DNA from: Catajapyx aquilonaris
Taxonomy: Eukaryota
Assembly (NCBI GenBank): GCA_000934665.2
Contig: JYFJ02003112.1
Location: 1-46,318, forward strand
DNA length: 46,318 nt
Reading direction: 5' to 3'
Each line of letters opens with the position of its first letter. Position 1 is the stretch's first letter. The translations under genes were made by a program, and so were the position numbers. Under the pieces are notes generated by a model. It had not been told where the DNA came from. It was given only the letters and a program-made list of their open reading frames with translations, and searched no databases. Shown one piece after another: positions 1 to 12,540 of the stretch.

Positions 1-186
1 ACCATCCTGGTGAGTCAAAGGACCACCCCTCCCCGAACTCATCAGTCGACCCGCCAGGATAGTCAGAGCAGTTCGGGGAGGGGTTGTCCTTTGACTCACC
101 AGGATGGTCGAGGGACTCCCCAGGGTCATCAGTGGACCCGCCAGGATAGTCATAGCAGTTCGGGGAGGGGTGGTCCTTTGACTCCC
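1..186. repeat. Inverted plus direct repeat at window start
   Basis: 1-39 is the reverse complement of 70-108 (1 mismatch); ~39-99 is repeated directly at ~126-186. Confidence 0.8.
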
Positions 187-989
187 CTGAGGTGTCAGGC
201 AACATGTTTGGAGAGTGAACTGACTCTGCTTGGCGAGTCAAACTGGATATCGGCACCTGACTACCATAGGGTGTCACCTGACGCGGCCATTTTTCTGTGT
301 GTACCACCCTATCGAGTAGAAAGCATGCACAATTTTCTAATCGTTGCCTATAGTCAGGTCTCAAACTGAGTGATAATATCCCGATATGTATCGACACCAA
401 CGCTACGAAATATTATTTGTAAAGGTTGCACCATGTAAGGATGAAAAGTGACCCAAGTTTTCCAGCTTGGAATTGTTACATGCGATCATTTAATTTTTAT
501 TGTAGGCCTACTTGGTAATGCAGTTGACTCTGGATATAACAGACTTCAAGGGACTGACGAAAACGGTCTCTTATAGCCACATCACCATTCCTGCAACGAA
601 TACACAAATTTCCTGCTTTCTGTAGCTTACAATGCACATTACTGCATTTGTTAATATTTTTTCGTGGATAGTTTAATATTATTATATTAAACTATCCACA
701 AAACTTAGCCAACCCGTAAATTAGGCAGGATTTTTTTAAAATATGTAATTTTCTTTTGCCATCTCCTTGTTGCCAAATCTACCAGGAAAATATGGTTTTG
801 AGTAACTTAGATCAGTGACAGATGCGAAAATCACCCCCCTCCATATTCTCTGCCTTCCTGCGTGTGGGAAAGGAAGTTGAACATCAAAAATAGCATATTT
901 TCCCGCCGATGGGCCAAAAATAGCCGAAGTGAGGTGAAAATGAGTGTTTATATCAGGAGTAAAATTACCCGGGGCCTTATGGAAGCATT

Positions 990-1443
990 TTATTTATTTA
1001 TTTTTACCCCGTGATGTCCCTTTACGGGAGCTATAGGGGGGGTGGCATACCACCATCAGTTTTCTGTATGTATATTTTCACTTCATTCTCCGGTGCAAGG
1101 AAACAGGGACAATGGGAAAGGATAGGGATTTTTGGGGAGGGAACATGAGGGCAAGGTTGTCAGGACCCTTGACCTGACCCCTGACCTACCTAGGTCGTAG
1201 GGCGTGGGAATAAGAGTCCGGTAGGAGGTTAAATCAGTGTATTGCTGGAGTGAACAGGTACAGGAGAGAGTGTCTCTCTCGAGGGCAGGCGCGCCCTATT
1301 TATCCCCTACAAAGGTCTCGCCACCAGGCGGCACTCCACATCAGCCAAGGGGGATAAATGCCCCCTCATATGGTCCCGACAAGGTGCAATGTCGTATCTA
1401 TGGGTCATGTGCTGTTCCCTAGGAGGTTAGGTTGCCAGACACA
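990..1443 (-). mobile_element. 5'-truncated non-LTR retroelement (LINE 3' end or SINE)
   Basis: 12-bp target-site duplication TATGGAAGCATT at 978-989 and 1444-1455; (TAAA)n tail at the minus-strand 3' end. Confidence 0.7.
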
Positions 1444-1465
1444 TATGGAAGCATTCCGTGACTGG

Positions 1466-1689
1466 TAGGGCTGTGCGATATCCGAAATTTCCTATCGACT
1501 TTCGATACTCAAGAAATATCGAAAATCGAAAAACCGACATCGATAACCGACATAGAAAAATATCGAAACCCGACATCGAGAAATTGCGATTTTCGATACA
1601 TCGCACATGCCAAGCGTCGGATATCCCAACTTCGATAGTAGGAAAATATCGTATCGACAGTCGATGTATTGAAATATCCCACAGCCCTA
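1466..1689. mobile_element. hAT-type MITE, copy 1
   Basis: TIRs TAGGGCTGTGCGATAT / ATATCCCACAGCCCTA; perfect 8-bp TSD GTGACTGG (1458-1465, 1690-1697); TCGA-rich interior; second copy at 10205. Confidence 0.9.
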
Positions 1690-1820
1690 GTGACTGGCCT
1701 TTCGAGTCTGTTCAAGAGTCTGTTATAACCGAAAGTCCGTTATATCCGGAGTGAACAGTATTAGACTGGACAATCCGCCTTGAGAGCAATGGACCTCTCC
1801 TCCATATTTCATACCTCAAA

Positions 1821-1996
1821 ATGTTGGTTACCCACCCAGTGGTTCACCACTAGACCATTGCACCAACTTATCAGATCTCACCACTTTTTACGGCCAAGCA
1901 GTCAGGAGAACTTGGCCTTTTTTTTACTGAAAGGTTTTTGGTGGGATGTTGGTTACCCACCCAGTGGTCCACCACTAGACCATTGCACCAACTTAT
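1821..1996. repeat. 51-bp direct duplication enclosing a 74-bp inverted copy of 4308-4383
   Basis: 1821-1871 matches 1946-1996 (1 mismatch); 1871-1947 is the reverse complement of 4308-4383 (2 substitutions, 1-nt T-run difference). Confidence 0.85.
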
Positions 1997-4900
1997 GCCA
2001 CCCCAGCCGTTGCATTCCCAAAATAAACGTTACCACTTACCAAATATCCGAAAATGCGGTTACAACAATTGATTCTGCTCCTAAAATTTATGCTCCCACA
2101 ATACCCTTAGAGATCCTTCATATTTCTGCCAAGAAGTTACTCCAAGGAGAGAAGTAGGAAAACGAGCGCGCCACTGCACTGCCAGCAATTACCTTCCTGC
2201 AAAATTTATTCAAAAAAAAAAAAAAAAAGTCAGAAGAACCCAACTCCCTTTCCGTATACCCCCCACAAAATTGCTTTCCGATTTATGCATCGCAGGGCGT
2301 GGCAGAACTGCAGAATATTGGGTCATTTTTTTTTGGTAGGGCTTCCTTCGGACCTTAAGAAATTTTCGCTTTGAAGTTGCCACCAAAAGGCAATTTTATT
2401 TTCCTTGGAAAATCATTTTCAAAAAAAAATTAATTTCACAAAATTCACTATAGGTATTCTTTGAAGCTTTTATGGCCAAAAAAAATGGGCATCTGGGCAT
2501 GGGCGATACACAAAAATCCGATACATTAATCCGACCGTGAATATTCCTCACTTTGGACCCATTCTGACATTTTGCGGGCCCAGGAAACCAGCCAGTTGGT
2601 AGAAAGTGCGATAAAGTTCTTAATTCCAAAGCCGGCCTTTCCCGCTTTACTTTCCTATCAGCACGGCCCAGATCCCAGGGTCCCCAAAAACTTTGAAGGA
2701 TAGGTTAATTTTCTCAAAGTAGATTATGCCGACTGTAGATGGGTCCTTCTTCCACTTCCTTGGTCCTTGGCATGTCAAGAGATGAGGCTCTGGCTAAGTG
2801 CACGATGGGAAAAAGAGACGTCATTTTTGCATAGGGAAACTTGTGAAAGGGGTGAAAAGTACAAAGTCGAAAAATCAATGTCAGCCAACTTAATTTGCAT
2901 ATAACCCCATGATAGTTTGTCATATCAGATCAATCCTGTAGCACAATACTATTTTGACAGGATGGAGAAAAAAAAATGGGTGAACTTATTCGTTCCATTG
3001 CGTGATGAAGGTCCATTCACGGAATTGAATGGGAAGGAAATTCAGTAGAATCATGACAGGGGACAGTAATGTTAATAAATGTGAAGGAAAGGTGGTCAGC
3101 TACGTGAAAATCGTGCTATTGCTAGAGAAATGGTCATGCACCACAATGAAAAATGTACATTTGCGTGTGGCAATTTGGCAAAGAATCTTCTCAATACGAA
3201 ATATCTATTTCGCAAATCCTTTGAAAATGATAATTATATCAACCATAGTTTTAACAATTAGCAATTTTAAATATAAATATTTGCATATATTTGTCTGTAA
3301 AACGCCTCTTTTCCCTTTATACTAAATTAGTACATTGTTATATAGTGTAGTTTTGTCCCACTTTTAGTGATTGTCAACAAATTCAGCTTTTACCTGTTAA
3401 TTAGCTAATGATATGCAAAATCCCTCCCATATCGTAAACACCCGCAGCCCTTTCAACATTTCTGCATTTTTGCAAGCTTATGTTGCTGATTATTTTGCCA
3501 CTCTCGACCAACAAAATATGTTCAGGTAGCTGCATGAAAATTGCCTGTAATTAATTTACTGCTTTGACATCGCATTCTAGCCCCCGCTGTTTTCAACACC
3601 GTTATAATGAAAATTATGCATCAGTTGATAATGATGCATACGATTAAAACAAATTACTATGTATGCAGATTGATGAATGTAAACATGAAATTCAACACTC
3701 CCAACTGCATGTAATCGTCAGCAAAAAAACCGACCAACTGGCAAAGAATTAAGCCAGTTTCATTCTTGATAAGCTAGGGCTGAGAAATATCGTTTCCTAC
3801 ACTGTCTCTCGTGTAGCTCATCCACAGATGCTAGGATCCCAAGCATTTCACTTGCCTATACCTCCTTCTAAGGCCCGATCGAAACTCATGATTTACGAGT
3901 CTTCTCGTTTCCACTTTCATTTCCCATTTCCCTCCTCCCCGGTACGATCTGGTTTCTAACATTGTTACCCAACATGTACTACTTCCCACATTTTATAGGT
4001 TTCTAATGCCTTCTGAATTGCCCGCACGTGAACGGTTTCTTCCACTTCCAGAAGTTCAATCAGTTCTAGGACTTTATAGGATAATACTGCGTATAGGTTA
4101 TATACTGCGGTGATCGGTGTCAAGTGGTTGAATTATGGGCAGTGAAACAAAGAACTACATCTGTTTGGTTTTGTGGATGGTGTTCAGTAAATCCAGCACA
4201 TCCACAAGATGGTGTTAGTTTCGAGTTGGAAGTTTGGCCAACAGATGGCGTTGATGCGGGAGGACGCCTGCTTTGTAGCCAGTCGTGAGTCAGACGGAGA
4301 CAAGGCTATCCCACCAAAAACCTTTCTGTAAAAAAAGGCCAAGTTCTCCTGACTGCTTGGCCGTCAAAAGTGGTGAGATCTGAAAAACGGCCAAGTTCAA
4401 CGTCGTAGTCAATTACTGGCATTCTGAACTTCTTCAACCTAAACCACTAACTTTATTTTTCCAGGTCGACCTTAGGTTTAATCATCAAAAAATTTTAAGA
4501 GCAACGGAATGCACTATTTCCATGCAATTCCGGAGTCCACTAGTGAAATGTCAATAGCTCCTGTCCTCCCATGTGACATGTGGCAGAACATTTGGCAGCT
4601 GTGCACTTGCAGGCTTCGTCAATGAGACGTGCTCTCCTCGCTGATAGCAGGATGTGATTGCTGCAGTTTGAGAGTTTCAATATCCCCCATACTGTACACT
4701 GCAGATATTGCAAGCTGTGCGGTTTTTGCTCTTTTACCACAGCATTGCCATCCAATAAAAGCATTATAAATTGCTCCCGTGCGTATTCAGTTGACTGCCG
4801 AAGAAATTGGCTGAACTGCAATTCTCTATGATTGACCCGTGAGTCAACAATGTTTTTTCAAATTCCCTACTCTTCCGCCCCCTTTCCAAAAAAGGAAAAA

Positions 4901-5778
4901 AAGGGCTTGAATGGCACTATGTCAACAACCTACCCTTTCAAACCAACATGAAAGTATGGGGACTCAGACCTTTTCTCATCACATTTTTTTGAACTAGAAT
5001 CAGTTTAAAAGTAAATCTTTCTTTGCTACAAGTACTTGCAGCTTAATCCTCACTGTCAATTTGAACTACACGCCAATCCTCTTCACAAACTACAACCCTG
5101 CAATTTCCAGCGATTAGCCCCAGAGAACATCGATCTAAACAACCGTTGGAATCGACTAGCTTTGTCCCGGTTTTTTCTTCCTTGGTCTCGTCAACCAATC
5201 GGTTAATCCCCCGAAATGCCCAATCTGACAAGTAAGAAACAGATTGGCTTGTGGGCAACCAGAAGGGTGAGTTAGAAAAATAATTCTAGCCAGACATTAG
5301 TTGGAGGACGTAACTATGTTCGGATAGATAGACAGCCCATAAACATCGGACCAAAGGATGGGGTCGATTCATTTCCGTAGGGTCCATGTTTAAGCCTGGG
5401 GATGCCAGAGTGGTCAATGAAATGGCGCCATTAATTTAGAGGCTGAGCTCCGGTTATCATTATTCCAAAAAAATGTTACCCACCTCGTCACAGGGTCAAA
5501 TTTAAACGGCTGTAAATCTTTGAGATGTAGGAAATAAATTCTGGGACTGGAAATTAAAAGCAAAAAAAAGGTCGGGAGAATTTATTGACTTGCAAATGAC
5601 GAATAACCTAACTCATTATCCAGCAATGGTTATTGTGATACTTGCATAGGGGGATTTATGGTCACAAAGCAATCGTTAAGATCTTAACTGTTGAACACAC
5701 AATGAATAAAGATACAGATCGCGGTTATATCGTGGCTGTTAGACGAGTTAGCAGGATGGCTTGGAAAAGTCAGGATAA

Positions 5779-5884
5779 ATGCCCATAATTGTCAGTATTT
5801 TCAAAACTGCGAGATCCATAAATAATATATAGTCTATATTTATGGATCTCGCAGTTTTGAAAATATTGACAATATTATGGGCAT
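5779..5884. repeat. Near-perfect palindrome / fold-back with ~46-bp arms
   Basis: ATGCCCATAATTGTCAGTATTTTCAAAACTGCGAGATCCATAAATA ... TATTTATGGATCTCGCAGTTTTGAAAATATTGACAATATTATGGGCAT. Confidence 0.85.
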
Positions 5885-5899
5885 GTAGTGATTAACATC

Positions 5900-6400
5900 G
5901 AGGGTATAGCATCTTGATCACTTGGTAAACATTGATAATTTAATTCGTGAAGAACAGATTAACACCACTTTGTTATTTAACCTCAGGGAGTTCAACTTAT
6001 TGTCTACACAGGCATACCCTGAGTGTAAATCAATTATGCCAAACTTTCGCAGTTCAGCAAACATATGAAACAAGTTCATAAAACTCCCTAAGGCTAAGAT
6101 TTCAGTCATAAGTTACATGACATAACTGTTCAACTCGACCCCGTAGCGCCTAAAGTATTTGTTGAAATTCCCTACCTGATATTCCCAACCTCTGACATAT
6201 TCTGCAATATTGAGATTAGAAACCTGTCATGACCCATTTGGCACACTCTAAAAACACGCGTAACCAACGCTTTTTGACTAATAACAGTGCAAGTACCGCA
6301 TCCCCCGGAGTGTTTGAACCCTAGCAAAGGCCATCCAATAAACCTAAGTACTACATGACTGGTTTTACCAATCTCCAAAAGCTCTCTCCCGGTTTTTGTG
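5900..6400 (-). mobile_element. Possible highly decayed LINE APE-endonuclease fragment
   Basis: Frame-broken motifs in the expected order: GDAVLALLLVKK (~GGGVAILVKK), GNFN (~GDFN), CVDN (~IDY), LPSDQ (~SDH). Weak resemblance only. Confidence 0.3.
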
Positions 6401-7460
6401 CCTATACCTGAGTAGTACAAAAGCAGCCTACTGGGGTATGGGTGTTAGAATCCAGGTCCCAGAGTCCCCGGAACCATCCACCCTACCAAAAGTCCCCATC
6501 CGGGAGAGGCTCAAGTGCCAGAGAGAATTCCCCGTGTGAAAACAATTGCCTGGGGTGGTTTGAATTCCAAAAGCGAAGGCGGAAAAGAGACGGAAATTCG
6601 GCATGGGGAAGGTGAGCGCACATTTCACCTCTGGAGTCATCTAGAAGCAAGGTTTAGGCCAACTTTCAATGAGCCAATAGGCTGCTTTTGGCACATTTAG
6701 TTTCTCCCCCCCTCCCCCCCAACTGACAAAGTTTGCAACTCGATGTCGTATACTCCTAGCTCCACAGACTCGAAAGTTGCTTTGCCCTGACTTGTTGCGG
6801 TTTTGCCAACTTCCTACTCAATTCCTCAAATGGAAGCTACCATTCATTTCCCTTCGACTCTGCTTCAACTCACACGGAGCTAAGAGACATTAAATCCTTA
6901 AAAAGTGCGTAAGCAATAGACGCATATAATTTATCACACATAAGTTTAAACGGGTCAAAAGTCGCCTAGAATCTATTCAGTAATTAGCAGCGTTCTAGCT
7001 TAGGTAATTTCGCACGTGTCGCTCCTCAGACGTAAATGTGAGCGTTCGTATGCTACTGAAAGCGCCTGTGGGACACTCAGCCTCCAACTTTGAGGATACT
7101 TCGCGAATGTGACGACGCATAGGTGACGCTTTAACGCTTCAAGGGGGGCCCCAAACATAACCCGCTATTATGCACGGAAGCTACCCAGGCTTAATGGCTC
7201 CTACTCTACGTGTTCAACCAATGTCGTGATTGCTCAAACGCAGTTATCGCCCTAAAGGCAACCGTATGCTGAACGTATCATCGTCAGAATGTAAACAGCC
7301 GTAGGGTTTTTCTTGACAAAGGCAGACACTGTTTCTACTGTAGTAAGCAACAAGATTTTGGCGAATTTTGGCTTCAGGCATACTGTTGCTAATCTTGTGT
7401 CGAACAATGTTCTGCAGGTAAAGCACAAGCCAAAACTGACTACCCTAAATCAAAGACCTT

Positions 7461-7727
7461 AAGTCAATGACCTTAAAAGTCACTGACATTAAAGTCACTG
7501 ACTGTAAAAAGTCGCTGACCGTAAAAAAAGTCACTGACCTTAAAGTCACTGACCGTAAACGTCACTGACCTTAAAGTCACTGACCTTAAAAGTCACTGAC
7601 CTTAAAGTCACTGATCTTAAAGTCACTGACCTTAAAGTCACTGACCGTAAACGTCACTGACCGTAAACGTCACTGACCTTAAAGTCACTGATCTTAAAGT
7701 CACTGACCTTAAAAGTCACTGACCTTA
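7461..7727. repeat. Minisatellite, 17 units of ~15-16 bp, consensus AAAGTCACTGACCTT
   Basis: Tandem units counted directly; variants have GACCGTAAAC or GATCTT. Confidence 0.95.
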
Positions 7728-9927
7728 AGTCAAAGAAATTAAATCAACGTTGGTGCGTAGTACGATGGATCGCAACGTAATTAGGTACGTAATTCGACAT
7801 GATATTTCCCCCATTTTAGCGCCATATGAGAGGTCCTTACAATAGCGACACGTGGAGAGGCAGGCCGAGAAAAACCCGGTTATATTTTGGCAGATATGAC
7901 CATATTTTTCCACCTGCAGAAAACTAAATAAGCTCTGCCTCTGTAAACATCCACGTTTGTTCGTAAGGACCCTAGCACTAGCATCAAGAGAATGTTCCTA
8001 GGCTGATAAACACAGAGCAATGAAGAGAATGAATGGGATGCCAGAGGTCGCCAGAATCTCCACGCTCGGCCTGGCACTTGCAGAATCCGGGCCCTCGCCA
8101 TCATGGCACAAATGCAACGACCAGGCAAACAAAATGAAACTTTCTTTTCCTCATGCCCACAGTACTGTACTTCCTGCGGACAAAGGAAGACCGTTATTTA
8201 TCCGCGAAAAGGGACGAGGTTCAAATTGCGGCTGGTATAAATTTTAGGCGACAAAAGAACGACATTGCCCATTGGTAGAGACCCGTCTTGCATGCATGAT
8301 TGGGTCCGGAGGCACGCTTGCATTATTATAGGCGGGAATTGTTAGGATGCTTGTTAAAATGCTCAAATTGTCAGAAGTTTGGGAAACTTCGGACAACTGT
8401 ATTCATTAGTTTAGAAAATTCCAATAGATGGAGGTGATGTGCACCGGTAGAGGGCGCTATAGTTGCAAAGTTGCCGATTGGCCTTGGGAGAGGCTAGAAT
8501 ATTTGTAATACATTATTCCTGGCAGCATTATTGAGGCTAGCGGAATCTTCTAGCTTATTGTTCGCAGTAAGCTGTACAATTAGCTTAATTACTAAAAATA
8601 ATGGCATAAGCCATAGTAACGCCATATAAAGTTCTATAAACGAACATATGGCGACAAGTATCATTAACTGTACAGCCATACCCAGTTAAATAAGGGAATA
8701 GAACAGAGCTAAAAATAAAGATCACTGCAGCGAAACTCTCTGAGTGTGACATTTTAAATGAAGCGATAACGCATTTTAACTATGTAAAGCTGTCATGTAT
8801 GGCAGGCTTTTTCCAGTACACTGCTCTCATTATGGCCGAAGGAATAGCATTAAAGGGAGGTTCGAGCTGATGAATGCAAAAATTAAATAGTAGCTCCAAC
8901 ATCTATTACCACTTTGCAAAACGGTAAAATTCTGCTGACGGGTAAATGGATCGACAAATATTGGTTCTGCCGCGCATATGTTCCATAAGCTCTTCTAATC
9001 CCAGCCCCATACGTAAAACCCATTTTTATTCGTCCCTCTCTCTTTTGATGTTCAATATCCCGACAGACACATGGCTTACATAAGCAGATTCCAAGTGCCT
9101 TGTGGAACCCAATTTTCAACCATTTCAAGCTTAGAACACAAACTTTCCACTGGTGCACATGTAATAATAATTAGGCCCAGCTAAAAGTAGCTTCTAAAAT
9201 TGCGCCCGACAGTATTTCACTAGGATGAGTACAATTATCCAGCTATTGTGATACACATGAATCCACATAGAGCTTAAAAAGCGTAAAGAGGAGGCGAAAT
9301 TACTGCATCATTTTAATCACAGCTAATATTGCACTACCGCAACTATTCCTAGAAAATGGAAATAAAATGGGTGCGAAATTAAATGAAACGGCCCCTTACC
9401 CAAAAACATTAGGCTCTGAACTTGGGTCCAAAAAACTAGGTCAAATAGCCTCTCTTTTCAGTCATGAAATTTTTTAAACACCTCTTTATTTCTTATTTAA
9501 TGACACATCGCGACTACAGAATTCATCATTAAAATTCAGAATATCTTGTCTATGTGTTGAAATATTCAGCATAGAATTGATCCGTTCCACTTAGCGCACG
9601 TGCCTAGATGTACTTTAACACCTTCAAGTTTATAGGCCTGGCTTCTATCAGTCTCCTTTACGATCCGGAAGTGCGTAAAAGTTTGATGCCGTCAGACGAA
9701 AATGATCCCTAGACCCGGCTGAAAGCTGGTTCTGAACTGCTCCTGACGGATTATTAAGGGACGCCACGTTAACTCGCGCAGTAAAGCAGGTAATGTGCCA
9801 CGTAAGTACACTGATTGGCCAGTAGACGCCGAAAAAAACATGGTTGCCATGGCGAAATTCCATGAGAAGCAATCCGCTAGATGGAGTTAAATGTGCACTA
9901 GTAGATGGCGCTGTGGACCACCCCCTT

Positions 9928-9978
9928 GCGGATACAGCCCTATCTTCAGCGGATACAGCCCTATCCTCATCGGATACA
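9928..9978. repeat. 21-bp tandem repeat, ~2.4 copies
   Basis: GCGGATACAGCCCTATC(T/C)TCA repeated. Confidence 0.8.
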
Positions 9979-10204
9979 AAAACTTATGACAGTAGGTGGG
10001 CCGGTTGCGGAGGCCTCTTGGTAGGGCCAGGGGCGGATCCAGACTTTCGATTGGGGGGGGNTGTGGGAGATTTGAATGGATGTGGACAGTATTTGATGAA
10101 ATTGGTAGCACTTTTTCCAAAAAATCATCCTAATTTGCAGATTAAAATTTAGAAAAGATTTCACTTTCCACGGTTGGGGGGGGGGGGGGTCATGCGCCCC
10201 TGGG

Positions 10205-10476
10205 TAGGGCTGTGCGATATCCGAAATTACATATCGACTTTCGATACTTAAAATATCGAATCGAAGTCGATATATCGAAAATCGAAAAACCGACATCGAA
10301 AAATATCGAAAAATGTCGAAAAATATCGAAAACTGACATCGACAAATATCGAAAACCGACGTCGAAAAATCGCGATATTCGATACATCGAACATGCCAAG
10401 CGTCGGATATCGCAACTTTCGATATTAGGCAAATATCATATCGACAGTCGATGTATCGAAATATCGCACAGCTCTA
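10205..10476. mobile_element. hAT-type MITE, copy 2
   Basis: Same TIRs and interior as 1466-1689, with an expanded ATCGAAAA array; degenerate TSD CCCCTGGG/CCTCTTGG (6/8). Appears inserted in an older element beginning CAGGGGCGGATCCAG at 10028. Confidence 0.85.
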
Positions 10477-12299
10477 CCTCTTGGGGTTTGCCTATATGCA
10501 TCCGGTGGGTCTCGGGAGAGGCTTCTATTGAGGCTAGCTGGTGTCACCAATAGGATGACCACAATATTTGGCTACATCATAACGCTAATTTGCACATACC
10601 AATATTTTCGACACGGATTGACACCAATGACATCCTAAATTGGCAGCGGGACACACAATTTTTCCGGCCATTTTTCACTCGAATGGTTACTGTCATATGT
10701 GACGTCACGTCCGACCTAGAGACTGTTATTGTCTCGGACTGGCAATAAGCTTCAGAACATTTTCTTGCCGTTTTCCAAAGTCAAACGTCAGCTCGCAGCC
10801 CCTAAAATTTGACACCGCCTGGCACGAGAAGCAACCTGTCAGACAAAGTTTATAACGCTTTTCCAAACTTCTTCCTTCCCGTGCATTTCTATACCATTTT
10901 CTACCGCAGAAAATGCCAGCAAAACTCTTCAGTCCAAACCTACGTTTTTCTGTTGTTGTTTTTTTCCTTTAACTTGATATCTACAGTAAGGGCGCACTTG
11001 CAAGTCGCAATATTTGCCTAGCATGTTTTTGGAGCTAAATTAGCATTGAAACGACTGTGCGTTGTTTTGCATTGGACCAACTCTTCTTCTGCAACCTATG
11101 TTTTTTTCCCCTATTTTGCAGATTTGCATGCGGACGTCGCTTCGTGTGATTTACTCGAATTAGGTGCGTTGTGCCTCCTAGTTGGACCGTGTTTTATAGT
11201 CTGCAGTGGAAAGTCGATTTTAAAAGGACGTCTCCTTAAAGCTTATTTTCATACAAAGTACTGCAGTACCTTGTTTCAAAGAGAGAGCGCAATAAGTGCA
11301 ATGTTTCTGGGCAATTTTAATGAGAACCTTAAAATTGACCACTTCCTAAATGTGGGCATCAATGGCCTCAAAAAGGCACATCAAAGAGTTAGTAATGAAA
11401 GCCATAAGACTTTTGGGGGTTTTGGAGAGTTCCACAGGGTTTAAGGGTGGAAAGAAACCCAACTGCAGAGAAATAATTGGACTTTGGCAGCAATTATCCA
11501 GCAGGGCATGAGGTCTGCCAACGTCCCCCCACAGTTTGCTATATGGCTGCAATTTTTCCAGCTCCAGCAGGATGGGGGTCCACTTCAACGTCAGCTTGGA
11601 ACCTCCCCCGCCTTCCCCCACCCTAGAAACGACAACAAAAAATTGGGGAGGGGGGAAAAAAACAAGAAAATTCTAGGATGGGGGTAAGGCAGCTAAATTG
11701 CCAAATGATACAGGAGACAGTGGGTGGGGCCTGGATTTCATTACAGTGTCCGTTATGGAGGGTTGAAAGGTGGGGGAAGGTGGGGAGGGGGAGGAAATAT
11801 TTTGGATCTAAGCGACGGACAGAGATTGGAAGCTTGAAATTGCGACGGATGACTGTCATCAGTTTTTCTAACTCTATACTGTACATTCGAGCTTCACAGA
11901 CAGTTAATTGTAATTAGTGGAAATTGAAACTACTAGGCCACTTGGGTCAAATCCTGCAATAAATTTGATTAATCAGCTTATTTCAAAAATGGTCGTGCTG
12001 GGCAATATAACTTATCTATATTATTAATACCAGACTGTGATGGAAACGTCTCCCGCAGAGTGGGGCCTACAACATTGCGATTGGTGTCAAAATTTTGCCC
12101 ACGTTTTCTAGATTTGCAAATCACTTTTGTTTTTTGGAAAAAGTTCCGAGGGACTTTATCAAACGCAAAAAAACCGAAAAATACTCGCGGACACTGCTCC
12201 ACGGAATTCCCAATTCTGACTCAGGGCGCCACCTCCTTGGGCGCCACTCGCTTACTTTTTTTTGTAATACCCCGTGATAGGGCGGTGCCCTCTTATTAG

Positions 12300-12540
12300 G
12301 GGGGAAGGGGAAGTTCCTCCAAGGGAGGGCGCTGTAATTTTTAGTCATTTCTGACTTTGTGAAATACACCAGACCTTTTCTCCTGGCCCTGGGCAGAGTA
12401 TGGAGTGCAATTCTTCCCCGGTATGTCGGGTGAAAAGCGGAAAAAGACCCGGCCAAGCAGAGGCGACGTGGACGGGGATTTGAACCCCGGCCTCCCGCTT
12501 GGCTGGCCAGTGGCCTCCCTCCGACTCGCTTACTTCTGCA
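12300..12540 (-). mobile_element. tRNA-derived SINE (degenerate)
   Basis: Minus-strand Pol III A-box-like TAAGCGAGTCGG (12532-12521) and B-box GGTTCAAATCC (12486-12476) at tRNA-like spacing; no cloverleaf; 3' boundary approximate. Confidence 0.5.

Larger units (their letters stand above)
521..1758. mobile_element. Degenerate Tc1/mariner-pogo (Tigger-like) non-autonomous element carrying two nested insertions
   Basis: Left end CAGTTGACTCTGGATATAACAGACTT pairs imperfectly with right end AAGTCCGTTATATCCGGAGTGAACAG, followed by TA; the left flank reads TG. Confidence 0.5.

Noticed and set aside
7461..7727. CRISPR-like array
   Set aside because: Units are directly adjacent with no unique spacers, there are no cas genes, and the context is eukaryotic.
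10053..10061. N base next to a poly-G run
   Set aside because: Sequencing ambiguity, not biology.
9967..10553. Overlapping ORFs, also at 1458-1754
   Set aside because: Arise from the stop-poor MITE interior; no transposase similarity.
11346..11621. Possible exon of an unknown gene
   Set aside because: No partner exons; only a faint resemblance to a decayed LINE Zn-knuckle, too weak to call.
12465..12540. tRNA gene
   Set aside because: A/B boxes are present but there is no acceptor stem or cloverleaf; treated as a SINE head.
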